64,000 bases of DNA from the human T2T-CHM13v2.0 reference genome, Homo sapiens. A program made the position numbers and the translations under genes. Positions within the stretch are counted from its first letter, which is position 1. The number at the start of each line of letters is the position of its first letter. Shown in pieces: positions 1 through 14,500 of this stretch. Below the pieces are notes generated by a model. The model was given only the letters and a program-made list of their open reading frames with translations. It made no database searches and had not been told where the DNA came from. The stretch is from the NCBI RefSeq assembly GCF_009914755.1, contig NC_060939.1. One strand, written 5' to 3'.

Positions 1-3000
1 GAGGACACACATCACAAATAAGTTTCTGAGAATGATTCTGTCTAGTTTTTATTTGAAGACATTTCCTTTCACACCGTAGGCCTGAAAGTGCTCAAAATGT
101 CCACTTTCAGATACTACAGAGTGTTTCAAACCCGCTCTATGAAAGGGAATGTTCAACTCTGTGACTTGAATGCAAACATCACAAAGCAGTTTCTGAGAAT
201 GTTTCCATCTGGATTTTATATGAAGATATTCCCGGAACCAACGAAATCCTCAAAGCTATCTAAATATCCACTTGCAGATTGTACAAAAACAGTGTTTCAA
301 AACTGCCATGTCAAAAGGTAGGTTCAATTCTGTTAGTTCAGTACACACATCAAAAACAAGTTTCTGAGAATGCTTCTATCTATTTTTTATGGGAAGGTAT
401 TTCCTTTTTCACCACAGGCCTCAAAGCGCTCCAAATGACCATTTCCACATACTACACAAAGAGTGTTTCAAACCTGCTGTATGAAAGGGAATGTTCAAAT
501 CAATGAGTTGAAAGTAAATATCAAAAAGAAGGTTCTGAGAATGCTTCTGTCTAGATTTTATGTGAAGATATTGCCTTTTCCATTGTAATCCTCAAATCTA
601 TCCAAATATCCACTTGTAGATTCTAAAAAAAGAGTGTTTCAAAACTGCTCTGTCACGAGGAAGGTTCAACTCTGTTACTTGAGTACACACATCACAAAGA
701 AGTTTCTGAGAAAGCTTCTGTCTACATTTTATGGGAAGATATTTCTTTTTTCACCATAGGCTTCAAAGCGCTCGAAAAGTCCATTTCAACATACTACACA
801 AAGAGTGTTTCAAACCTGCTATATCAAAGGGAATGAGTTGAATGCAAACAACACAATGAAGTTTCGGAGAATGCTTCTGTCTAGATTTTATATGAAGGTT
901 TTCCCGCTTCCCACAAAATTTTCAATGCTCTCAAAATATCCACTTGTAGATTCTCCAGAAAGAGTGTTTCCAAACTACTGTATCAAAACAAAGGTTCAAC
1001 TCTGTCAGTTGAGGACACACATCACAAATAAGTTTCTGAGAATGCTTCTGTCTAGTTCGGATTTAAAGACATTACCTTTCTCACCTTAGGCCTGAAAGCG
1101 CTCGCAATATCCACTTCCAGATACTACAGAAACAGTGATTCAAACCTCCTCTATGAAAGGGAATGTTCAACTAGGTGACTTGAATACAAACATCACAAAG
1201 CAGTTTCTGAGAATGCTGCTGTCTACTTTCTATTTGTAATCCCGTTTCCAACGAAATCCTCAGAACTATCGAAATTTCCAATTGCATATTCCACCAAAAG
1301 AGTGTTTCAAAGCTGCTCTGTAAGAAGAAAGCTTCAACTCTGTTAGTTGAATACACACGTCACAAACAAGTTTCTGAGAATGATTCTGTCTAGTTTTTAT
1401 GGGAAGATATTTCCTTTTTCACCGTGGGCCTCAAAGCGCTCCAAATGTCCACTCCCACATACTACAAAAAGAGTGTTTCAAACCTGCTCTATGAAAGGGA
1501 ACGTTCAACTCTATGAGTTGAATGCAAACATTACAAAGAAGTTTCTGAGAATGCTTCTGTCTAGATTTTATATGTAGATATTCCCGTTTCCAACGAAATC
1601 CTCAAAGCTATCCAAATATCAACTTGCAGATTCTACAAAAGGAATGTTTCCAAAATGCTGTATCCAAACAAAGGTTCAACTCTGGGAATTGAGGACATAC
1701 ATCACAAAGCAGATTCTGAGAATGCTTCGGTCTAGATTTTACATGAAAATATTCCCGTTTCCAACGAAATCCTCAAAGCTATCCAAATATCCACTTGCAA
1801 AAGCCACAAAAAGAGTGTTTCAAACCTGCTCTGTGAAAAGGAAGGTTCAACTCTGTTAGTTGAGTACACACATTCACCAAGAGGTTTCTGAGAATGCTGC
1901 TGACTAGTTTTTATTTGAAGATATTTCCCTTTTCACCTTAGGCCTAAGAGTGCTCGAAATGTCCATTTCCACTTACTACACAAAGTGTGTTTCTAACGTG
2001 CTGTATGAAAGGGAATGCTCAACTCTATGAGTTGAATGCAAACATCACAAAGAAGATTCTGAGAATGCTTTTGTCTAGATTTTATATGAAGATATTCCCA
2101 TGTCCAACGAAATTTTCAAAGATCTCCAAATATCCATTTGTAGATTCTACAAAAAGAGTGTCTCCAAACTGCTGTATCAAAACAAAGGTTGAACTCTGTG
2201 AGTTGAGGTCACACATCACAAATAAGTTTCTGAGAATGCTTCTGTCTAGTTTTTATTTGAAGATATTTCCTTTTTCACCATAGGCCTGAAAGCGCTCAAA
2301 ATGCCCACTTCCAGATAGTACAGAAAGAGTGTTTCAAACCTGCTCTATCAAAGGGTATGTTCAGCTCTGTGAGTTCAATGCAAATATCACAAAGCAGGTT
2401 CTGAGAATGCTTCCATCTAGATTTTATGGGAAGATATTCCCGTTTCCAACGAAATCCTCAAAGCTATCCAAATATCCACTTACAGATTCTACAAAAAGAG
2501 TGTTTCAAATCTGCTCTCTCAAAAGATAGGTTCAACTCTGTTAGTTGAGTACACACATGGCAAACAAGATTCCGAGAATGCTTTTGTCTAGATTTTTTGG
2601 GAAGATATTTCCTTCTTCACCACAGGCCTCAAAGCGCTCCAAATATCCATTTCCTCATACTATACAAAGAGTGTCTCAAACCTGCTGTATGAAAGGGAAT
2701 GTTCAACTCTATGAGTTGAATGCAAACATCACAAAGAAGTTTCTGAGAAGGCTCCTGTCTAGATTTTATATGAAGGTTTTCCCGCTTCCAACGAAATTTT
2801 CAATGCTCTCCAAATATACACTTGTAGATTCTACAAAAAGAGTGTTTCCAAACTGCTGTATCAAAACAAAGGTTCAACTCTGTTAGTTGAGGACACATAT
2901 CACAAATAAGTTTCTGAGAATGCTTCTGTCTAGTTTTTATTTGAAGGTATTTCTTTCTCAACATATGCCTGAAAGCACTCGAAATGTCCACTTCCAGATA

Positions 3001-6000
3001 GTACAGAAAGAGTGTTTCAAATCTGCTATATGAAAGGGAATGTTCAGCTCTGTGAGTTCAATGCAAACATCACAAACCATGTTCTGAGAATGTTTCCGTC
3101 TAGATTTTATGTGAAGATACTCCCGTTTCCAACGAAATCCTCAAAGCTATCCAAATATCCACTTGCAGATTCTACAAAAAGAGTGTTTCAAATCTGCTCT
3201 CTCAAAAGATAGGTTCAACTCTGTTAGTTGAGTACACACATCACAAACAAGATTCTGAGAATGCTTTCATCTAGTTTTTTAGCACGATATTTCCTTCTTC
3301 ACTATAGGCCTCAAAGAACTCGAAATATCCATTTCCACATACTATACAGAGCGTTTCAAACCTGCAGTATGAAAGGGAATGTTCAACTCTATGAGTTGAA
3401 TGCAAACCTCTCAACGACGTTTCTGACAATGCTTCTGTCTAAATTTATATGAAGGTATTCCCGCTTCCAACGAAATCTTCAAAGCTCTCCAAATATCCAC
3501 ATGTAGATTCTACAAAAAGAGTGTTTCCAAACTGCTGTATCAAAACAAAGGTTCAACTCTGTTAGTTGAGGACACACATCACAAATAAGTTTCTGAGAAA
3601 GCTTCTGTCTAGTTCTTATTTGAAGACATTTCCTTTCTCACCTTAGGCCTGAAAGCACTCGAAATATCCCCTTCCAGATACTACAGAAACAGTGATTCAA
3701 ACCTGCTCTATGAAAGGGAATATACAACTATGTGACTTGAATGCAAACATCACAAAGAAGTTTCTGAGAATGCTGCTGTCTACTCTCTATTTGTAATCCC
3801 GTTTCCAACGAAATCCTCAGAACTATCGAAATTTCCAATTGCAGATTCCACCAAAAGAGTGTTTCAAAGCTGCTCTGTAAGAAGAAAGGTTCAACTCTGT
3901 TAGTTGAATACACACGTCACAAACAAGTTTCTGAGAATACTTCTGTCTAGTTTTTATGGGAAGATATTCCCTATTTCACAGTAGGCCTCAAAGGGCTCCA
4001 AATGTCCACTTCCACATACTACAAAAAGAGAGTTTCAAACATGCTGTATGAAAGGGAATGTTCAACTCTATGAGTTGAATGCAAACATCACAAAGAAGTT
4101 ACTGAGAATGCTTCTGTCTAGATTTTATATGTAGATATTCCCGTTTCCAACGAAATCCTCAAAGCTATCCAAATATCATCTAGCAGATTCTACAAAAGGA
4201 ATGTTTCCAAAATGCTGTATCCAAACAAAGGTTCAACTCTGTGAATTGAGGGCATATATCACAAAGAAGACTCTGAGAATGCTTCTGTCTAGATTTTATA
4301 TGAAAATATTCCCGTTTCCAACGAAATCCTCAAAGCTATCCAAATATCCACTTGCAAATTCCACAAAAAGAGTGTTTCCAAACTGCTCTGTGAAAAGGAA
4401 GGTTCAACTCTGTTAGTTGAATACACACGTCACAAACAAGTTTCTGAGAATGCTTCTGTCTAGTTTTTATGGGAAGATATTTCCTTTTTCACCTTGGCCT
4501 CAAAGCGCTCCAAATGTCCACTTACACATACTACAAAAAGAGTGTTTCAAACCTGCTGTATGAAAGGGAATGTTCAACTCTATGAGTTGAATGCAAAGAT
4601 TACAAAAAAGTTTCTGAGAATGCTTCTGTCTAGATTTTTTATGAAGGTGTTCCCGCTTCCAACGAAATTTTCAATGCTCTCAAAATATCCACTTGTAGAT
4701 TCTACAAAAAGAGTGTTTCCAAACTGCTGTATCCAAACAAAGGTTCAACTCTGTTAGTTGAGGACACACATCACAAATCAGTTTCTGAGAATGCTTCTGT
4801 CTAGTTCTGATTTGAAGACATTTCCTTTCTCACCTTAGGCCTGAAAGCACTCGAAATATCCACTTCCAGATACTACACAAACAGTGATTCAAAACTGCTC
4901 TATGAAAGGGAATGTTCAACTAGGTGACTTGAATGCAAACATCACAAAGCAGTTTCTGAGAATGCTGCTGTCGACTTTCTATTTGTAATCCCGTTTCCAA
5001 CGAAATCCTCAGAACTATCGAAATTTCCAATTGCAGATTCCACAAAAAGAGTGTTTCAAAGCTGCTCTGTAGGAAGAAAGTTTCAAGTCTGTTAGTTGAA
5101 TACACACGTCACAAACAAGTTTCTGAGAATCCTTCTGTCTAGTTTTTATGGGAAGATATTTACTTTTTCACCGCAGACCTAAAAGAGCTCCAAATGTCCA
5201 CTTCCACATACTACAAAAAGAGTGTTTCAACAATGCTGTATGAAAGGGAATGTTCAAACCTATGAGTTGAATGCAAACGTTACAAAGATGTTTCTGAGAA
5301 TGCTTCTGTCTAGATTTTATATGAAGGTTTTCCCGCTTCCAACGAAATTTTCAATGCTCTCAAAATAACCACTTAGAGATTCTACAAAAAGAGTGTTTCC
5401 AAACTACTGTATCAAAACAAAGGTTCAACTCTGTTAGTTGAGGACAGACATCACAAATAAGTTTCTGAGAATGCTTCTGTCTACTTCTTATTTGAAGACA
5501 TTTCCTTTCTCACCTTAGGCCTGAAAGCGCTCAAAATATCCCCTTCCAGATACTACAGAAACAGTGATTCAAACCTGCTCTATGAAAGGGAATGTTCAAC
5601 TAGGTGACTTGAATGCAAACATCACAAAGCAGTTTCTGAGAATGCTGCTGTCTACTTTCTATTTGTAATCCCGTTTCCAACGAAATCCTCAGAACTATCG
5701 AAATTTCCAATTGCAGATTCCAAAAAAGAGTGTTTAAAAGCTGCTCTGCAAGAAGAAATGTTCAACTCTGTTAGTTGAATACACACGTCACAAACAAGTT
5801 TCTGAGAATGCTTCTATCTAGTTTTTATGGGAAGATATTTCCTTTTTCACCGCAGGCCTCAAAGCGCTCCAAATGTCCACTTCCACATACTACAAAAAGA
5901 GTGTTTCAAACCTGCTGTATGAAAGGGAATGTTCAACTCAATGAGTTGAATGCACACATTACAAAGAAGTTTCTGAGAATGCTTCTGTCTAGACTTTATA

Positions 6001-8529
6001 TGAAGGTTTTCCCGCTTCCAACGAAATTTTCAATGCTCTCAAAATATCCACTTGTAGATTCTACAAAAAGAGTGTTTCCAAACTGCTGTATCAAAACAAA
6101 GGTTCAACTCTGTTAGTTGAGCACACACATCACAAATAAGTTTCTGAGAATGCTTCTGTCTAGTTCTTATTTGAAGACATTTCCTTTCTGACCTTAGGCC
6201 TGAAAGCGCTCGCAATATCCACTTCCAGATACTACAGAAACAGTGATTCAAACCTGCTCTATGAAAGGGAATGTTCAACTATGTGACTTGAATGCAAACA
6301 TCACAAAGCAGTTTCTGAGAATGCTGCTGTCTACTTTTTATATGTAATACCGTTTCCAATGAAATCCTCAGAACTATCGAAATTTCCACTTGCAGATTCC
6401 ACAAAAAGAGTGTCTCAGAACTGCTCTGTCAAAAGAAAGGTTCAACTCTGTTAGTTGAATACACACGTCACTAACAAGTTTCTGAGAATGCTTTTGTCTA
6501 GTTTTTATGGGAAGATATTTCCTTTTTCACCGTAGGCGTCAAAGCGCTCCAAATGTCCACTTCCACATACTACAAAAAGAGTGTTTCAAACCTGCTCTAT
6601 GAAAGGGAATGTTGAAACCTATGAGTTGAATGCAAACATCACAAAGAAGTTACTGAGAATGCTTCTGTCTAGATTTTATATGTAGATATTACCGTTTCCA
6701 ATGAAATCCTCAAAGCTATCCAAATATCAACTTGCAGATTCTACAAAAGGAATGTTTCCAAAATGCTGTATCCAAACAAATGTTCAATCCTCTTAGTTGA
6801 GGACACACATCACAAATAAGTTTCTGAGAATGCTTCTGTCTAGTTCTGATTTGAAGACATTTCCTTTCTTACCTTAGGCCTGAAAGCGCTCGAAATACCC
6901 ACTTCCAGATACTACAGAAACAGTGATTCAAACCTGCTCTATGAAAGGGAATGTTCAACTAGGTGACTTGAATGCAAACATCACAAAGGAGTTTCTGAGA
7001 ATGCTGCTGTCTACTTTCTATTTGTAATCCCGTTTCCAACGAAATCCTCAGAACTATCGAAATTTCCAATTGCAGATTCCACAAAAAGAGTGTTTCAAAG
7101 CTGCTCTGTAGGAAGAAAGGTTCAACTCTGTTAGTTGAATACACACGTCACAAACAAGTTTCTGAGAATGCTTCTGTCTAGTTTTTATGGTAAGATGTTT
7201 CCTTTTTCACCGTAGGCCAAAAAGCGCTCCAAATGTCCACTCCCACATACTACAAAAAGAGTGTTTCAAACCTGCTTTATGAAAGGGAATGCTCAACTCT
7301 ATGATTTGAATGCATACATTACAAAAAAGTTTCTGAGAATGCTTCTGTCTAGATTTTTTATGAAGGTTTTCCCGCTTCCAACGAAATTTTCAATGCTCTC
7401 AAAATATCCACTTGTAGATTCTACAAAAAGAGTGTTTCCAAACTGCTGTATCAAAACAAAGGTTCAACTCTGTTAGTTGAGGACACACATCACAAATAAG
7501 TTTCTGAGAATGCTTCTGTCTACTTCTGATTTGAAGACATTTCCTTTCGCACCTTAGGCCTGAAAGCACTCGAAATATCCACTTCCAGATACTACAGAAA
7601 CAGTGATTAAAACCTGCTCTATGAAAGGGAATGTTCAACTAGGTGACTTGAATGCAAACATCACAAAGCAGTTTCTGAGAATGCTGCTATCTACTTTCTA
7701 TTTGTAATCCCGTTTCCAACGATATCTTCAGAACTATCGAAATTTCCAATTGCAGATTCCAAAAAAGAGTGTTTCCAAGCTGCTCTGCAAGAAGAAATGT
7801 TCAACTCTGTTAGTTGAATACACACGTCACAAACAAGTTTCTGAGAATGCTTCTGTCTAGTTTTTATGGGAAGATATTTCCTTTTTCACCGTAGGCCTCA
7901 AAGCGCTCCAAATGTCCAATTCCACATACTACAAAAAGAGTGTTTCAAACCTGCTCTATGAAAGGGAATGTTGAAACCTATGAGTTGAATGCAAACATCA
8001 CAAAGAAGTTACTGAGAACGCTTCTGTCTAGATTTTATATGTAGATATTACCGTTCCCAATGAAATCCTCAAAGCTATCCAAATATCAACTTGCAGATTC
8101 TACAAAAGGAATGTTTCCAAAAAGCTGTATCCAAACAAATGTTCAAAACTCTTAGTTGAGGACACACATCACAAATAAGTTTCTGAGAATGCTTCTGTCT
8201 AGTTCTGATTTGAAGACATTTCCTTTCTCACCTTAGGCCTGAAAGCGATCGAAATACCCACTTCCCGGTACTACAGAAACAGTGATTCAAACCTGCTCTA
8301 TGAAAGGGAATGTTCAACTAGGTGACTTGAATGCAAACATCACAAAGCAGATTCTGAGAACGCTGCTGTCTACTTTCTATTTGTAATCCCGTTTCCAACG
8401 AAATCCTCAGAACTATCGAAATTTCCAATTGCAGATTCCACAAAAAGAGTGTTTCAAAGCTGCTCTGTAAAAAGAAAGGTTCAACTCTGTTAGTTGAATA
8501 CACACGTCACAAACAAGTTTCTGAGAATG
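1..8529 (-). repeat. Diverged/irregular HOR layer (outer flank of the array)
   Basis: Same monomer types as downstream but with many private substitutions and small indels. The m14 marker (GGAATGTTTCCAAAA) lies at 1644, 4201, 6752, 8111 and 10149, giving irregular spacings of 2557, 2551, 1359 and 2038. B-type sites before 1240 are degenerate. Confidence 0.85.
1240..1256 (-). promoter_or_regulatory. First intact CENP-B box in the window
   Basis: TCCCGTTTCCAACGAAA, whose reverse complement TTTCGTTGGAAACGGGA matches YTTCGTTGGAARCGGGA. Confidence 0.93.
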
Positions 8530-11500
8530 GTTCTATCTAGTTTTTACGGGAAGATATTTCCTTTTTCACCGTAGGCCTCAAAGTGCTCCAAATGTCCACT
8601 TCCACATACTACAAAAAGAGTGTTTCAAACCTGCTGTATGAAAGGGAATGTTGAACTCTATGAGTTGAATGCAAACATTACAAAGAAGTTTCTGAGAATG
8701 CTTCTGTCTAGATTTTATATGAAGGTATTCCCCTTTCCAACGAAATTTTCAATGCTCTCAAAATATCCACTTGTAGATTCTACAAAAAGAGTGTTTCCAA
8801 ACTGCTGTATCAAAACAAAGGTTCAAATCTGTTAGTTGAAGACACACATCACAAATAAGTTTCTGAGAATGCTTCTGTCTAGTTCTTATTTGAAGACGTT
8901 TCCTTTCTCACCTTAGGCCTGAAAGCACTCGAAATATCCACTTCCAGATAGTACAGAAATAGTGATTCAAACCTGCTCTATGAAAGGGAATGTTCAACTA
9001 GGGGACTTGAATGCAAACATCACAAAGCAGTTTCTCAGAATGCTGCTGTCTACTTTCTATTTGTAATCCCGTTTCCAACGAAATCCTCAGAACTATCGAA
9101 ATTTTCAATTGCAGATTCCACAAAAAGAGTGTTTCAAAGCTGCCCTGTAAAAAGAAAGGTTCAACTCTGTTAGTTGAATACACACGTCACAAACAAGTTT
9201 CTGAGAATGCTTCTGTCTAGTTTTTATGGGAAGATATTTCCTTTTTCACCGTAGGCCTCAAAGGGCTCCAACTGTCCATTTCCACATACTACAAAAAGAG
9301 TGTTTCAAACCTGCTGTATGAACCGGAATGTGCAACTCTATGTGTTGAATGTAAACATTACAAAGTAGTTTCTTAGAATGCTTCTGTTTAGAATTTATAT
9401 GAAGGTTTTCCCGCTTCCAACGAAATTTTCAATGCTCTCAAAATATCCACTTGTAGATTCTACAAAAAGAGGGTTTCCAAACTGCTGTATCAAAACAAAG
9501 ATTCAACTCTGTTAGTTGAGGACACACATCACAAATAAGTTTCTGAGAATGCTTCTGTCTAGTTCTTATTTGAAGACATTTCCTTTCTCACCTTAGGCCT
9601 CAAAGCGCTCGAAATATCCACTTCCAGATACTACAGAGACAGTGATTCAAACCTGCTCTATGAAAGGGAATGTTCAACTATGTGACTTGAATGCAGACAT
9701 CACAAAGCAGTTTCTGAGAATGCTGCTGTCTACTTTCTATTTGTAATCCCGTTTCCAACGAAATCCTCAGAACTATCGAAATTTCCAATTGCAGATTCCA
9801 CAAAAAGAGTGTTTCAAAGCTGCTCTGTAAAAAGAAAGGTTCAACTCTGTTAGTTGAATACACGGCAGAAACAAGTTTCTGAGAATGCTTCTGTCTAGTT
9901 TTTATGGGAAGATATTTCCTTTTTCACCGTAGGCCTCAAAGCGCTCCAAATGTCCACTTCCACATACTACAAAAAGAGTGTTTCAAACCTGATCTAAGAT
10001 AGGGAATGTTGAAACGTATGAGTTGAATGAAAACATTAAAAACAGGTTTCTGAGAATGCTTCTGTCTAGATTTTATATGTAGATATTCCCGTTTCCAACG
10101 AAATCCTCAAAGCTATCCAAATATCAACTTGCAGATTCTACAAAAGGAATGTTTCCAAAATGCTGTATCCAAACAATGGTTCAACTCTGTGAATTGAGGG
10201 CATACATCACAAAGAAGATTCTGAGAATGCTTCTGTCTAGATTTTATATGAAAATATTCCCGTTTCAAAGAAATCCTCAAAGCTATCCAAATGTCCACTT
10301 GCAAATGCCACAAAAAGAGTGTTTCCAAACTGCTCTGTGAAATGGAAGGTTCAACTCTGTTAGCTGAGTACACACATCACAAAGAGCTTTCTGAGAATGC
10401 TGCTGACTAGTTCTTATTTGAAGATATTTCCCTTTTCAACTTAGGCCTAAGAGTGCTCGAAATGTCCATTTCCACATACTACAAAAAGAGTGTTTCAAAC
10501 CTGCTGTATGAAAGGGAATGTTCACCTCTATGAGTTGAATGCAAACATTACAAAGAAGTTTCTGAGAATGCTTCTGTCTAGATTTTATATGAAGGTATTC
10601 CCGTTTCCAACGAAATTTTCAATGCTCTCAAAATATCCACTTGTAGATTCTACAAAAAGAGTGTTTCCAAACTGCTGTATCAAAACAAAGGTTCAACTCT
10701 GTTAGTTGAAGACACACATCACAAATAAGTTTCTGAGAATTCTTCTGTCTAGTTCTTATTTGAAGACGTTTCCTTTCTCACCTTAGGCCTGAAAGCGCTC
10801 GAAATATCCACTTCCAGATAGTACAGAAATAGTGATTCAAACCTGCTCTATGAAAGGGAATGTTCAACTAGGGGACTTGAATGCAAACATCACAAAGCAG
10901 TTTCTCAGAATGCTGCTGTCTACTTTCTATTTGTAATCCCGTTTCCAATGAAATCCTCAGAACTATCGAAATTTTCAATTGCAGATTCCACAAAAAGAGT
11001 GTTTCAAAGCTGCCCTGTAAAAAGAAAGGTTCAACTCTGTTAGTTGAATACACACGTCACAAACAAGTTTCTGAGAATGCTTCTGTCTAGTTTTTATGGG
11101 AAGATATTTCCTTTTTCACCGTAGGCCTCAAAGGGCTCCAAATGTCCATTTCCACATACTACAAAAAGAGTGTTTCAAACCTGCTGTATGAAACGGAATG
11201 TTCAACTCTATGAGTTGAATGCAAACATTACAAAGTAGTTTCTTAGAATGCTTCTGTCTAGATTTTATATGAAGGTTTTCCCGCTTCCAATGAAATTTTC
11301 AATGCTCTCAAAATATCCACTTGTAGATTCTACAAAAAGAGTGTTTCCAAACTGCTGTGTCAAAACAAAGATTCAACTCTGTTAGTTGAGGACACACATC
11401 ACAAATAAGTTTCTGAGAATGCTTCTGTCTAGTTCTTATTTGAAGACATTTCCTTTCTCACCTTAGGGCTGAAAGCGCTCGAAATATCCACTTCTAGATA

Positions 11501-14500
11501 CTGCAGAGACAGTGATTCAAACCTGCTCTATGAAAGGGAATGTTCAACTATGTGACTTGAATGCAAACATCACAAAGCAGTTTCTGAGAATGCTGCTGTC
11601 GACTTTCTATTTGTAATCCCCTTTCCAACGAAATCCTCAGAACTATCGAAATTTCCAATTGCAGATTCCACAAAAAGAGTGTTTCAAAGCGGCTCTGTAA
11701 AAAGAAAGGTTCAACTCTGTTAGTTGAATACACGTCAGAAACAAGTTTCTGAGAATGCTTCTGTCTAGTTTTTATGGGAAGATATTTCCTTTTTCACCGT
11801 AGGCCTCAAAGCGCTCCAAATGTCCACTTCCACATACTACAAAAAGAGTGTTTCAATCCTGCTCTAAGATAGGGAATGTTGAAACCTATGAGTTGAATGA
11901 AAACATTACAAACATGTTTCTGAGAATGCTTCTGTCCAGATTTTATATGTAGATATTCCCGTTTCCAACGAAATCCTCAAAGCTATCCAAATATCAACTT
12001 GCAGATTCTACAAAAGGAATGTTTCCAAAATGCTGTATCGAAACAATGGTTCAACTCTGTGAATTGAGGGCATACATCACAAAGAAGATTCTGAGAATGC
12101 TTCTGTCTAGATTTTATATGAAAATATTCCCGTTTCAAAGAAATCCTCAAAGCTATCCAAATGTCCACTTGCAAATGCCACAAAAAGAGTGTTTCCAAAC
12201 TGCTCTGTGAAATGGAAGGTTCAAATCTGTTATTTGAGTACACACATCACAAAGAGGTTTCTGAGAATGCTGCTGACTAGTTTTTATTTGAAGATATTTC
12301 CCTTTTCGCCTTAGGACTAAGAGTGCTCGAAATGTCCATTTCCACATACTGCAAAAAGAGTGTTTCAAACCTGCTGTATGAAAGGGAATGTTCAACTCTA
12401 TGAGTTGAATGCAAACATTACAAAGACGTTTCTGAGAATGCTTCTGTATAGATTTTATATGAAGGTATTCCCGTTTCCAACGAAATTTTCAATGCTCTCA
12501 AAATATCCACTTGTAGATTCTACAAAAAGAGTGTTTCCAAACTGCTGTATCAAAACAAAGATTCAACTCTGTTAGTTGAGGACACACATCACAAATAAGT
12601 TTCTGAGAATGCTTCTGTCTAGTTCTTATTTGAAGACATTTCCTTTCTCACCTTAGGCCTCAAAGCGCTCGAAATATCCACTTCCAGATACTACAGAGAC
12701 AGTGATTCAAACCTGCTCTATGAAAGGGAATGTTCAACTATGTGACTTGAATGCAGACATCACAAAGCAGTTTCTGAGAATGCTGCTGTCTACTTTCTAT
12801 TTGTAATCCCGTTTCCAACGAAATCCTCAGAACTATCGAAATTTCCAATTGCAGATTCCACAAAAAGAGTGTTTCAAAGCTGCTCTGTAAAAAGAAAGGT
12901 TCAACTCTGTTAGTTGAATACAGGGCAGAAACAAGTTTCTGAGAATGCTTCTGTCTAGTTTTTATGGGAAGATATTTCCTTTTTCACCGTAGGCCTCAAA
13001 GCGCTCCAAATGTCCACTTCCACATACTACAAAAAGAGTGTTTCAAACCTGATCTAAGATAGGGAATGTTGAAACGTATGAGTTGAATGAAAACATTAAA
13101 AACAGGTTTCTGAGAATGCTTCTGTCTAGATTTTATATGTAGATATTCCCGTTTCCAACGAAATCCTCAAAGCTATACAAATATCAACTTGCAGATTCTA
13201 CAAAAGGAATGTTTCCAAAATGCTGTATCCAAACAATGGTTCAACTCTGTGAATTGAGGGCATACATCACAAAGAAGATTCTGAGAATGCTTCTGTCTAG
13301 ATTTTATATGAAAATATTCCCGTTTCAAAGAAATCCTCAAAGCTATCCAAATGTCCACTTGCAAATGCCACAAAAAGAGTGTTTCCAAACTGCTCTGTGA
13401 AATGGAAGGTTCAACTCTGTTAGCTGAGTACACACATCACAAAGAGCTTTCTGAGAATGCTGCTGACTAGTTCTTATTTGAAGATATTTCCCTTTTCAAC
13501 TTAGGCCTAAGAGTGCTCGAAATGTCCATTTCCACATACTACAAAAAGAGTGTTTCAAACCTGCTGTATGAAAGGGAATGTTCACCTCTATGAGTTGAAT
13601 GCAAACATTACAAAGAAGTTTCTGAGAATGCTTCTGTCTAGATTTTATATGAAGGTATTCCCGTTTCCAACGAAATTTTCAATGCTCTCAAAATATCCAC
13701 TTGTAGATTCTACAAAAAGAGTGTTTCCAAACTGCTGTATCAAAACAAAGGTTCAACTCTGTTAGTTGAAGACACACATCACAAATAAGTTTCTGAGAAT
13801 TCTTCTGTCTAGTTCTTATTTGAAGACGTTTCCTTTCTCACCTTAGGCTTGAAAGCGCTCGAAATATCCACTTCCAGATAGTACAGAAATAGTGATTCAA
13901 ACCTGCTCTATGAAAGGGAATGTTCAACTGGGGGACTTGAATGCAAACATCACAAAGCAGTTTCTCAGAATGCTGCTGTCTACTTTCTATTTGTAATCCC
14001 GTTTCCAATGAAATCCTCAGAACTATCGAAATTTTCAATTGCAGATTCCACAAAAAGAGTGTTTCAAAGCTGCCCTGTAAAAAGAAAGGTTCAACTCTGT
14101 TAGTTGAATACACACGTCACAAACAAGTTTCTGAGAATGCTTCTGTCTAGTTTTTATGGGAAGATATTTCCTTTTTCACCGTAGGCCTCAAAGGGCTCCA
14201 AATGTCCATTTCCACATACTACAAAAAGAGTGTTTCAAACCTGCTGTATGAAACGGAATGTTCAACTCTATGAGTTGAATGCAAACATTACAAAGTAGTT
14301 TTTTAGAATGCTTCTGTCTAGATTTTATATGAAGGTTTTCCCGCTTCCAACGAAATTTTCAATGCTCTCAAAATATCCACTTGTAGATTCTACAAAAAGA
14401 GTGTTTCCAAACTGCTGTGTCAAAACAAAGATTCAACTCTGTTAGTTGAGGACACACATCACAAATAAGTTTCTGAGAATGCTTCTGTCTAGTTCTTATT

